Assembly: GCA_035084275.1 (NCBI GenBank)
Contig: CM068748.1
Coordinates: forward strand, 24,366,001 to 24,430,000
Reading direction: 5' to 3'
DNA from: Hydrolagus colliei
Lineage: Eukaryota
DNA: 64,000 bases
Within the stretch, counting starts at the first letter, position 1, and every line of letters begins with the position of its first letter. The translations under genes and the position numbers were made by a program. The notes below the pieces were generated by a model. The model was not told where the DNA came from, did not search any database, and worked only from the letters and a program-made list of their open reading frames with translations. Positions 53,385-64,000 of this stretch are shown here, piece by piece.

Positions 53385-54302
53385 TGGAGTCCTGTAGCTC
53401 TGTGGTTAGAGCAACAACAACAACAATTTACATTTATATAGCGTCTTTCACGTCGGGAGGACGTCCCAAGGCGCTAAACAAGAGGCGTGTGACCCGAGCT
53501 GGGAGGGGAGTGTTTGGGAAGGGGTGAAACACGAAGGGGAGGTAAAAGAGTTCGGGGTGGAACAAAAGGCACGATCGAAGAGGAAAGTCTTCAAATCGGC
53601 CTTGAAAGAGGAAAGGGAAGAGGCGAAACGGAGGGATTGAGGGATGGCATTCCATAAGGTGGGAGCAGAGAAACTGAAGGCCCGGTAGCACTCGCCATAC
53701 AAGTGTGAGACCTGTGTTTGAATCCAAGCAGGTCAGGGCAAAACCTTGGGCAAGTTTCTTCACTCCACACGCCTAATAATTATCCCCCCAAAAAAACCCC
53801 CACAATAATAAAATTTGGTCATTTCAATCCACAACTATTTGTGGGCTACTGCTGTGTGCAATGGGCTGCCAAGTTTCACCCACAAATGTAGTCAATTCAC
53901 TTTACAGTACATTCTGTGAAGCGCTTTGAGAAGTCTGGAAGACATGAAAAGTGGTATATCAAATGCAAGGATTAATAATCCTTGCATTTGATATAGCGCT
54001 TTCCACATCTTATCGACGTCCCAAAGCACTTCACAGAATATACTGTAAAGTGAATTGACTGTATATATTTGTGGGCGAATCGCGGCAGCCAATTGGGCGC
54101 AGCAGTGTTCCACACACAGTCGTGGATTGAAATGACCAATTTTATTATTGTGTTTTTTTGGAGGGATTATTATTAGGCGTATGGAGTAAGGAAACTTGTC
54201 CAAGGTTTCACCCTGACCTACCTGGATTCGAACACAGGTCTCCCCAGCTTGGTTTCCCCAGCTTGCAAGACAAGTGCTCTAACCACTGAGCCACAGGAGC
54301 TC
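53385..54302. mobile_element. SINE(+) containing a nested L2 3' end(-), joined tail-to-tail to a SINE(-)
   Basis: SINE head 53385-53412, L2 53413-53686, SINE resumes 53687-53973, inverted SINE 53975-54302. Confidence 0.85.
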
Positions 54303-55482
54303 AACAGAGCATGAGTCTGTTACTGAAATCAGGGTCCGATACACTGCTTGCCCAGTGCCTTGGGACGTCCTACCTACGTGAAAAATGCTGGACAAATGTA
54401 ATTTTGTTCTTGAAAGAGCAGTACACTTTGGCATGAACTACAACTGCTGAATGTAAACTGTCCTTCCACCCGCTCACCCCTGCTAAGTGGTGGTTACCCC
54501 ACAAAATACACAGTCAGTGCACTTTATATCCTGTGCTCTGAGATGTCTTGGAAGATGGTATAAGACACTATATATCAAATGCAAGGATTAATATTGATAA
54601 TAAGATTGCCCCCAGGACTCCCTTGCTCTGCGGTGGGGGTAGAAGAGGGGTTATGTTGCTCTCCTGTGTGAGAGCAGAAATCTGCGTACAGTGTGAGCAT
54701 CCTGTCTGTGGAAATCTCCTTTTACCCACTTCACAACAAAGCCTATAATCACTTTGCAGGATGCTGCCCTGTAAAGTTGGCTGCCATGCTTTGCCCACAA
54801 AATATAGTCGATTCACTTTATAGTGAATTCTGTGAAGTGCTTTGAGATGTCTCAAAGACATGATGAGGGGTCATATCAAATGCATGGATTAGTATTATTA
54901 TTCTTGTGTGCAGGAAGCTGGTAAAGTAAAAGTCAACGATGATGTGGATGGAGGTGTGGTCAAAGAGTTGTGTTTTGAGGCGTGCCTTGAACGAGGGGGG
55001 AAGGAGGGAGCGAGTCGGAGGGACTCCAGGATGCAGCGACCAGCTAAACCGTTTCTTCGGGCAAAACAAATTTGTTGCTTTTAAAATGGTGACCATTGGA
55101 TCATTAACATCTAATTGAACCCAGTTTACATGTTGTCCTAGAACAGTCCCATAGTGTTGAGCAGGAGCTTGCTCAAATTCCGGTGAAGGTTTAGAACACA
55201 GAAACAGGAGTAGGGTTAGCTATTCAGTCTCTCAAGTCTGTTCTGCCATTTTATGATCTGATTGATCGGTAACTGAAATCCAGCTACTCACCCTTGCCCC
55301 ATAATAATAATAATCTTTGCATTTGACGTAGCGCTTTTCATGTCTTCTAGACCTCTCAAAGTGCTTCACAGAATATACTGTTAAGAGAATTGACTGAGCT
55401 ACGTGACTCTTAATACTCTCATTGAACAAATATCTGTCTCGGTCTTGAAAATGCCAATGAATCCAGCATCTACAGTCTTTTG

Positions 55483-55790
55483 TGGAGTCCTGTAGCTCAA
55501 TGGTTAGAGCACTCACCCTACAAGCAGGAGACCTGGGTTCAATTCCAGGCAGGGCGAAACCTCGGGCAAGTCTCCTTACTCCATACGCCTAATAATAATC
55601 CTCCAAATAAAACAATAATAAATCAGTCATTTCAATCCATGACTGTTTGTGGAACACTGATGTGCACAATTGGGCTGCCACGTTTTGCCCCAAAATAGTC
55701 AAATCACTTTACAGTATATTCTGTGAAGCGCTTTGGGACATCTAGAGTATGTGAAAAGCACTGTATCAAATGCAAGGATTATTATTATGA
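55483..55790 (+). mobile_element. tRNA-SINE inside a CR1 3'-end relic (55190-55870, - strand)
   Basis: Full-length family copy; the flanks resemble a CR1 3' UTR in reverse. Confidence 0.75.
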
Positions 55791-56359
55791 TTTTTTTTGA
55801 GAGAGAGTTCCAGATTTCCACTATCCTTTGAATGCAAAACTACCTCCTAATTTCACTCTTAAAACCTACAACCTTCTGACACAGAGATACGTGTTATCAA
55901 CTGAGGCAAACCCACTTGCCAAACTATCTTAGTCTTTACTTTATATAAATATATACATTTCACAATGAATGTTCTGAGACCTCCCTCCATCACGTGGTTG
56001 TTTTTGGTGTCAAGTTGTTCTTATTTATTAATAATCAAAATAATAAAATAATAATCCTTACATTTGATACAGCGCCTTATCACATCTTCGAGACATCTCA
56101 AAGCCCTTCACAGAATATATTACAAAGTGTAGTGACTGTTTATTTTGTGGATGAAATGTGGCAGCCAATTGCGCACAGCGGTGTCCCACAAACAATCGTG
56201 GATTGAGTGACCAATTTTATATTTTTTATTATTTTTTAATTCATGTTTCTTTGAAGGGATAACTGCACTGAGTACATTTATTTCCTAGAATTTGCGAAGC
56301 TGAGTATAATTGTGTATCAACTAATCAAGTCCAGTTTATAATAATAATTATAATTATCA

Positions 56360-57000
56360 ATCTTTCAATCTTCCTTGGACACAGAGGTGGTGCCAGAGGA
56401 CTGGAAGGTTGCTAATGTTATTCCCCTGTACAAAAAGGGGCAGAAGGACAAACCTAGGAACTACGGCCAGTCAGTCTAACGTCGGTGGTGGGGAAACTTC
56501 TAGAGACTATAATCAGGGACTAGATAGATCTTCATTTAGAAAGATATTGGTTAATAAAGGACAGCCAGCACGGATTTGTTAAAGGCAAATCTTGTCTGAC
56601 AAATGTGATAAGAGTTTTTTGATGAGGTAATGGAAAGGATGGATGAGGGTAGTGCAGTTGATGTAGTTTATATGGACTTTCAAAAGGCATTTGACAAAGT
56701 GCCACATAAAAGGCTTATAAGGAAAATAGAAGCACACGCCATTAAAGGGACAGTGGCAACATGGATCCAGAACTGGCTGGGAGACAAAAAGCAGAGAGTT
56801 GTGATGAACGGCCGTTTTTCTGACTGGAGGGAAGTGTACAGTGGCATCTCCCAGTGATCAGTATTGATCACTGGGAGATGAGCCCACTGCTCTTTTTAAT
56901 TTATGTTAATGATCTGGACTCGGGTATAGGGAGTACAAATTTCCAAGTTTGCAGATGACACAAAGTTAGGAAAAATAGTAAATAGTGAGGAGGATAGTTT
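56360..57000 (+). mobile_element. CR1 LINE RT fragment
   Basis: VPEDWKVANVIPLYKKG..PVSLTSVVGKLLE..DVVYMDFQKAFDKVPHKRL..FADDTKL, with stops and frameshifts. Confidence 0.92.
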
Positions 57001-57334
57001 ACTGTGAGGTGCATTGGTACATTTATATCATAATAATAATAATCCATGCATTTGATATAGCGTTTTTCACATTTGTCGAGTTATTCTGGCTTAAATCTAC
57101 AATGATCCACTTACATAATGGACTACTGTATTATGTTTCCCAACATTATATAAACATGACTAACAACTGAATGGATGGCCATTTATTCCTTTGAAGAACT
57201 ATCAGACAGATCAGTCATATTCTGTACTCCATTGAACGTAAGAGCATAAGAAATGCCAGAAGAAAAAAGACCATCTAGTTCACCTGCCACCTTCCTGGTG
57301 GTCGCTTGCACATAATGGCCCAATCTATCTATGT

Positions 57335-57665
57335 ACTATAATAATAATAATAATAATAATCCTTGCATTTGATATAGCACTTTTCACATCTTCTAGACAT
57401 CTCAAAGCGCTTCACACAATATACTACAGTATAAAGTGAATTGACTGTATATTTCTGGGCGAATTGCGACAGCCCACAAATTGCATACAGCAGTGTCCCA
57501 CAAACAGTCGTGAATTGAAATGACCAAATTATGATTTGAAATGACATAAATTATTGATAGTTTTTCTCCTTGAGGGATTATTATCAGGCGTGTGGAGGAA
57601 GGAAACACGGCCAAAGTTTCGCCCTGGCCAGCCGGGAATTGAACCCCTAACCACTGGACTACAGC
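57335..57665 (-). mobile_element. tRNA-SINE
   Basis: Family copy with (TAA)n tail on the + strand. Confidence 0.8.
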
Positions 57666-58517
57666 CCTCCACAAAACTCCATAAGAACAAGAAATGCTGG
57701 ACGAAAACCATAGATAATTCTTCTGCATTTATGCCCTCTCTCCCATACTTCGTACAGTATATTCTGTGAAGCGCTTTGAGAAGGCCAATAAGATGTGAAA
57801 AGCGCTATATCAAAATGCAAGGATTATTTTTTATTATTATACTTCCTGCATCATAAGTGTTGAATAGAAGAGAAGAGAGCTAAGGTCAGCACTAATTGTG
57901 CTAAGGTTTAACATCCACTAAAAGTTTCCCTTTGGGGTTTTTTCCCCCCTACTTTCTCCTCACAACACAATAAGCTCATCCTAAAGGTGATCCATGCCTC
58001 AATCCCTTTCCTCCCTCCTTCCCTCCCTCTCCTCCTCTCCCTTTCTCTCTCTCTTTCTCTCCACAAAAATAAATCCTTCAGTCTTCAGGAACACAATTTA
58101 AATAGGAAGCTCCCTCGTCTGTATTTATGGGAGGGAGGGAGGAAGGGTGAGTTGGGGGCATTGCAATGAGGATGTGACCACATCATCATCATCAATGTGG
58201 AAGGCTTGCAATAAAAGCTGACTGTGTGCTTTGATTACCATGTAATAAAACAATAGCCCTCAGCTTATCTGACTTCCTCGTTTGTTGTTTGAAGCTGCCA
58301 TTTCACATTGCAAGCTTACCTTGCTGCGAGATCAGTGAGTGATTGATTGAGTGAGTAAAGTGAGTGAGAGTGAAGTTAGTTACTTTGCTTACTTACTTAC
58401 TGTTGGAGCAGAGACTGTGCTGAGAGAGAGAGAGGGGGAGACAGAGAGTGAGAGGCTGACTTGCTGCTAACAGGTGAATTCCTTCTCGGCCCTGATCCTC
58501 TAAATAAACCGACTGAA

Positions 58518-58575
58518 ATGGAGCCTCTCGAGGAAGCAAAACACATCAAAAACCTCAGCGCCTTGTCACAGGAAG
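58518..58575 (+). CDS. SHTN1: Shootin-1 (KIAA1598) coding exon 1
   Basis: gaaATGG Kozak context; MEPLEEAKHIKNLSALSQE+G then |gtaggt donor. Joins in phase to 60935-60987. Aligns without gaps to the shootin-1 N-terminus, and its position downstream of VAX1 is syntenic. Confidence 0.75.
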
Positions 58576-59114
58576 GTAGGTGTAACAGTGATTTCAGAAA
58601 CTTAAGCATTCAACAGTTTCTAAAGTGGGCATCAAATGGGCTAAAGATTTTTACTTGTATCTGCCTGCCTTTCCCACCTCTCCTTAGCTCTGGCAGGATA
58701 TATATATATATAATATATATATATGTGTGTGTGTGTACTGTATTATAAAATCTGGGCTTCAATTGATCTGCTTTGCAAAGCTCTCTTAAAGTTAATCATT
58801 GTCAGATTGTGGCTTTAGAGGCAACTCGACAAGGCAGAGTTGGTTTCATCTAACAACAAAAAGTTACTAAACATGACCTAAATAAGACAAAAAAGAAGTC
58901 GCCTTACACCCATTCTTATTCATCTTAAAAGTTTTCAAACTCTCTCCTTCTCACTCTCTCTTTCTGTCTGTAAATCATTTTGTGCTGAATTCAAACAGTT
59001 TCAAAAACTATGGGAACAGGGATCCACTTCAGTGGAAAGGCTGTGGGTGGCTTTGACTAGATGATATGCTCGATTTCTTAATGCTATATTAATCATGTGG
59101 ATAATTAGAAATTA

Positions 59115-59640
59115 ATCTCTGTTTACTAGCTGGGGAGACCTGTGTTCGAATCCAGGCAGGTCAGGGCAAAACCTTGCGTGAGTTTCCTTACTCCACACGC
59201 CTAGTAATAATCCATCCAAAAAAACCACAATAATAAAATTGGTCATTTCAATCCATGACTGTGTGGGGGACGCTGCTGTGCGCGATTGCCGCGATTCATC
59301 CCAAAATATACAGTCAATTTACTTTACAGTATATTCTGTGAAGCGCTTTGGGATGTCGATAAGATGTGAAAAGCGCTGTATCAAATGCAAGGATTATTAT
59401 TATTATTACTAGCTAGTGGTAAATAGGAACCCGAGTTGTTAGTTGATTGGCGGATCGAAAAAATTAAATGAAAAAAAAGTGGTCACTCAATCCACGGCTG
59501 CTTGTGGGACACTGCTGTGTGTATTTGACTGCCATGTTTCGACCAGAAACTGTACAGTTATTTCATTTTACAATGTATTCTGTCAAGTGCTTTTTGAGAT
59601 GTGATAAGGCACCATATCAAATGCCAGTTTTATTATTATT
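59115..59640 (+). mobile_element. Short SINE (59128-59410) nested in a long-subfamily SINE
   Basis: TTACTAGCT direct repeats at 59123-59131 and 59406-59414. Confidence 0.75.
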
Positions 59641-60934
59641 ATACTTTAGTTGTAGGAATTTGGGGAGAGTATAAGGAATCATTGCATGGGACCTTAGCTG
59701 GGATCTATAAAATACCTCCCCGAACTTAGGGAAAACTTCATTTTTCGAGCTTGCAGAATTCTTAAGTTCTCAAATTTACAGAAAACCGGTTTCACGGGGA
59801 AAGCTATTTTGCTTATGAATGTGCCGAATTCAGCATGCCCTGAAATATAATATATAACATCAATCTAGGAACGTCAATGGAATTTCCCCCCCCCCCCCCA
59901 CCCAATTGCCTTGAAGATTCCTATGTGAAAAAAAAATGATTGGGTCGTCTCAATCAGTGTTGAATGGATACAAGTCTATGAAACACAAAACATGATTATG
60001 GTGCTATGTTGATAAGGATTTATGGTGTTGTTCATATGTTGTAAAGATGGTTAATGAGAGAAGTGGACTCTGCCTTTAGTGCAGTAGGATTCATATTTTA
60101 GAGGCTCAGAGTGCATTACATTTTGCCTGTAAATACACTTGACATTAACCGGGTTTAATGGCAACAAAACTGGAGAGTATGCACTAACCTAGAGGAACAA
60201 CCAAAGGTATATTGTTTCCTAATTTCTCCCGATTTTAACCATTTAAAAAAAAATCCTTTTTAGTGCCAGAAAAGCCGGGATATGTTTTGAATTGAAATAT
60301 AATTTCAGGATATTCCATTTTTTTTACTGGAAGAATGTAGCTGCTATAAAGGGAGGCAGGTTAACATATTTCTGCGTTTGACAGTCAAGTTAAAGTGGAT
60401 GGTATGGAGCGGGTAGGACAGGGGAAAATAGGTATTTCAATGAGTAGATGGAAGAGTAGTGATACCTTTTCACTCCTCACATTTCACATCTGTGGATGTT
60501 AGAAGCGTAGACGTACACAAAATATATAGCACAAATGGAAGGCATTTGGCCCATCATGTTTGCCCTGGCTGTTATCAAGATACCTGATGTCTTAAGCCAT
60601 TCTCTGAAACTCCATCCCACAATCCTTACTCACCTCCTCCTTCAAGACCCATCTCAAGAACTTCCTCTTCGACCGTGCCTCCGGTCACCCTCCTATCGCC
60701 TCTCCGCCCTCGATCCCTCCTGATCCCAACCCTCAGTCCAGGTCCAGATCCCCGACTGTCCAAGGCCTTGTAATAATAATTACAAATGTAATTTATTATC
60801 ATTGTTGTCAACCCATTGTATGAATTACTGCATTCAACAGCAGAAGTGTAGCCTGATTCACTGTACTTTACACCTCGTGTGATGAGATTCAGTAATCATC
60901 ATAAAATGTTTTCCTTTATTTCCTATTGTTTTAG

Positions 60935-60987
60935 CAACTGTCGAGTTTGAGGAACTCATCAAGGAAAATGAGCTGGTGAAGAGTGAG
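60935..60987 (+). CDS. SHTN1: Shootin-1 coding exon 2
   Basis: Polypyrimidine-ttag| acceptor, (A)TVEFEELIKENELVKSE, |gtaagt donor. Compare human AIGEYEDLRAENQKTKEK (from memory). Confidence 0.78.
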
Positions 60988-61294
60988 GTAAGTGTATGAA
61001 TATTGCATTTTTAGCACAAGTTCACATATGGTTTTGCGTGGATAAAAAACATTAAAAAAAGATTTTGAAACTCGGTTAATGCGACACAACCTAAAAAAAA
61101 ATTGCCTTTTAAAAAATGGACAAAAATATTGTTTTATTATATCCATAAACTATCCATTGGCTGTATTTAAAACCCAAACTCCTAACTTCATCTCTTCTTC
61201 CATAAGCTCAGGGGCGAAATTCCACCTGGTCTTAGCCTAGGCGCCCAATCTTGCGCCACATTTTAAGCTTGGGTAGAATTGTGCACATATCTTA

Positions 61295-61800
61295 CAACAA
61301 TTGCATTTATAGAGCGCCTTTCACGTCAGGAGGTCGTCCCAAGGCGCTGAACAGTCAAGTCGGGGCCCGAGCAAGGGAGAGGGGCAGGGTAGGGGGAAGG
61401 GGTGGGAGCGAATTAGGGGAGGGAGAGAGTTGGGAAGGCAGCAGATCGAAGAGGAGGGTCTTGAGTCTGACCTTGAAGGAGGCGAGGAAGGGAGTGAGGC
61501 GAAGGGACTGTGAGATGGAGTTCCAGGGTGTGGGGGCAGAGAGGCTGAAAGCCCGTCCGCCAGTGGTAGAGTGGGTCAAGTGGGGGACATGGAGCAGGTC
61601 GGAGTCCACTGAACGGAGTGGGCGGGCAGGCTCATAGGGCGACAGCAGGTCAGAGAGCTGGGGTGGTGGTGGCGGGGGGGGGGGGGGGGGGGAGCAAGGC
61701 CATGAATGGCCTTGAAAGTGAGAACGAGGATCTTGAATTCGATCCTTTGGTTGATTGGGAGCCAATGGAGCCGGGCGAGAGTGGGAGTGATGTGGATATT
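61295..61800 (-). mobile_element. L2 LINE 3' fragment
   Basis: [51 protein letters not shown]. Confidence 0.88.
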
Positions 61801-62345
61801 ACGTCCCTTTATTTTGAAGACAGGTTAGCAACGATCAGTTGAGGCTAGGAAGCTGGATTTCTTTGAAAAATAAAACAGCTTGATGCTTTAACGTCCCTTG
61901 TTGTGTTTTGCTCACAAAAATATAGTCGATTCACTTTACGGTGTATTCTGTGGAAGCACTTTGCGATGTCTCGATGATGTGATAAGGCACTACATCAAAT
62001 GCAAGGATTATTATTATTATAATGGGAGGCTGGGTATTCTGGAAGGAGGAGATCAAATAGGATAAAATGCCTCCTTTTATGAAGAACCAATAGTCTTATA
62101 GGCAGAATTTGGGGCCTAGTATTTATTGTTACCGTACCCAGGGCAGACCCTAGTGCAGGCTATACTGTACCCATTCAATTTGCACAAAGCTACAGAGTTT
62201 ATTATACATTGCTGTCCATACACTATCTGGCGTATTCACCCTCAAGTACACAGTCACTACACTTCACAGTTAAATCCTCGAGGTATCCCTACAATGAGAT
62301 CAGGTCCTCGATCAAATGCAAGGTTTATTAGCAGTAGTTATTATT

Positions 62346-62655
62346 GGAGTCCTGTAGCTTAGTGGTTAGAGCACTCGCTTTACAAGTGTGAGACCTGTGT
62401 TTCGAATCCAGGCAGGTCAGGGTGAAACCTTGGCGAAAGTCTCCCACTCCACATGCCTAATAATAATCCGTCCAACAAAACGTATAATAAATTGGTCATT
62501 TTGATCCACGATTGTTTGAAGGACACTTGTGTGCACTTGGCTGCTGTGTTTTGCCCACAAACATACAGTCAATTCACTTTACAGTATATTCTGTGAAGTA
62601 TATTCTGTGATGTCTAGAAGATGTATCAAATGTAAGGACTATTGTTGTTATGATT
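62346..62655 (+). mobile_element. tRNA-SINE
   Basis: Family copy. Confidence 0.82.
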
Positions 62656-64000
62656 ATTAACTAATAACAGTTGATGGTAAGCAATTAACCGGCTGTATTT
62701 TCACAGAAAAATACTTGTGATTTAATATATTTATATTAAAAGTGCGCTTAGTTTTACAAATAATGTGAATGACAGCAATGATGATAATAATAATCCTCGC
62801 ATGTGATATAGCGTCATCAAGACTGTTTGCAAATGGAATCGTTTTTGTTTTCAGGGAAGCCATTTCCTATGGCAAACATAGCTACTCAATTATCACGGCT
62901 TCACTCGCTCAAACTGCACCACAATTGAGATGGGCATTGAAATTGGGTTGCGGATTTTTGTTTTGTCGGCGTTTAAGTAGAATGTTTCATCAGCGCCATC
63001 GAGAGACAAACAGTCCAGTTCATCATCGCCATGATTGTTTGCAATTATCCCTCGCTGCTGTTGTCCTGGGGGAAAAAAATTGACAATACGTTTGTCAAAT
63101 ATATCAATCTTCTTGGAAAGCTATCTGCAAACAGATTACCTCTCAGCCATGTAGCTATTACGGGTCTGTTTTTTTACACACACGCTCATTCCTTTCTGTA
63201 TAAACATCCTTGAAAAAATAATCACTGTTAACAATTTTTGTTATTTTCCGGAGTTTGTAACCGAATTTGAGGGTGAACCTTTGTGAAAATCACACTACAC
63301 ACTGGAATTTTTTTTACCCCTTTGAATTTGTTTTCTCTGACCCAAAGTGAAATCTCAGGATAGCATTTTTCTTCCTATTTTTTAAAATCTTTTAAAATGA
63401 AGCTTTCAAATACCAGGCAGCCGTGAGGATTGTCTTAGCACAACTAAACATCGAGAGTGTTAAATAAAGCACTTTTTAGCTGAATACTTAGTGTGAAGAG
63501 ATCAAGGTTTCGTAAGAATACGCCTTGTTAAATTTCTATTTGTTGCTTGTTCAATTTCTATCTAAGTACAGTTATGAATTCCAAAGCTTTGCCTTTAGAT
63601 TGATCTGTATAAAACCATCAGGTTTTGATATGCAAGTTTTGTTCTCTACCCTACACATAATTGTTAAGGAAGAAAGCATTCATTAATTTAGTTTGCACAC
63701 TATTGGATTATTTTATTTGGCCTTGTGAAATTTCTAGTTGATTTAAATTCTGCAATACACTGCCGCATAAAAAAATATTTAACATGTAAAGGAAAGGAAA
63801 AACTTGCATTTATGCAGTGCCTTATATTGTGAAATCTCAAGTGCTTTATAGTGGTTGGTGATTCTTTGCAGGTAATGGGATCTTACTTTAACACCTCATC
63901 CAAAGGATGGTATCTTATCACACTGGGAGTTTTAGAGTAGACTATGAGATCAAGTGAGAGTGCTACTAAGTGAGCCAATTTCACACTGCAGTACCTAATA

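Noticed and set aside
63491-63514. Possible SHTN1 exon 3 (ttag|TGT GAA GAG ATC AAG, CEEIK)
   Set aside because: In-frame TAA after 7 codons and a weak pyrimidine tract; probably chance.

Overview
Vertebrate genomic DNA, most likely a cartilaginous fish such as a chimaera or shark (inferred from the L2/CR1/tRNA-SINE/Deu-SINE repeat landscape). It has two assembly gaps. Three co-oriented + strand genes are present. (1) Exons 2-3 of the homeobox gene VAX1 (4797-7403), carrying about 6 single-base indels in short homopolymer runs. (2) A complete, intact 14-exon V-ATPase V1 subunit B gene (ATG 23127 to TAG 51253, 504 aa, B2-like) with a CpG-island promoter containing a perfect CLEAR box. (3) The first two coding exons of shootin-1 (SHTN1; 58518-58575 and 60935-60987). 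The main finding is the order VAX1-ATP6V1B-SHTN1. In humans VAX1 lies next to SHTN1 with no ATPase gene between them, and ATP6V1B1 lies beside VAX2. This gene may therefore be an additional vertebrate ATP6V1B ohnolog lost in mammals. The rest of the window is SINEs, L2 and CR1 fragments, a Gypsy relic, two Tigger-like non-autonomous elements, a large palindromic element, short fold-back palindromes and microsatellites. Protein comparisons are from memory; no database search was run.
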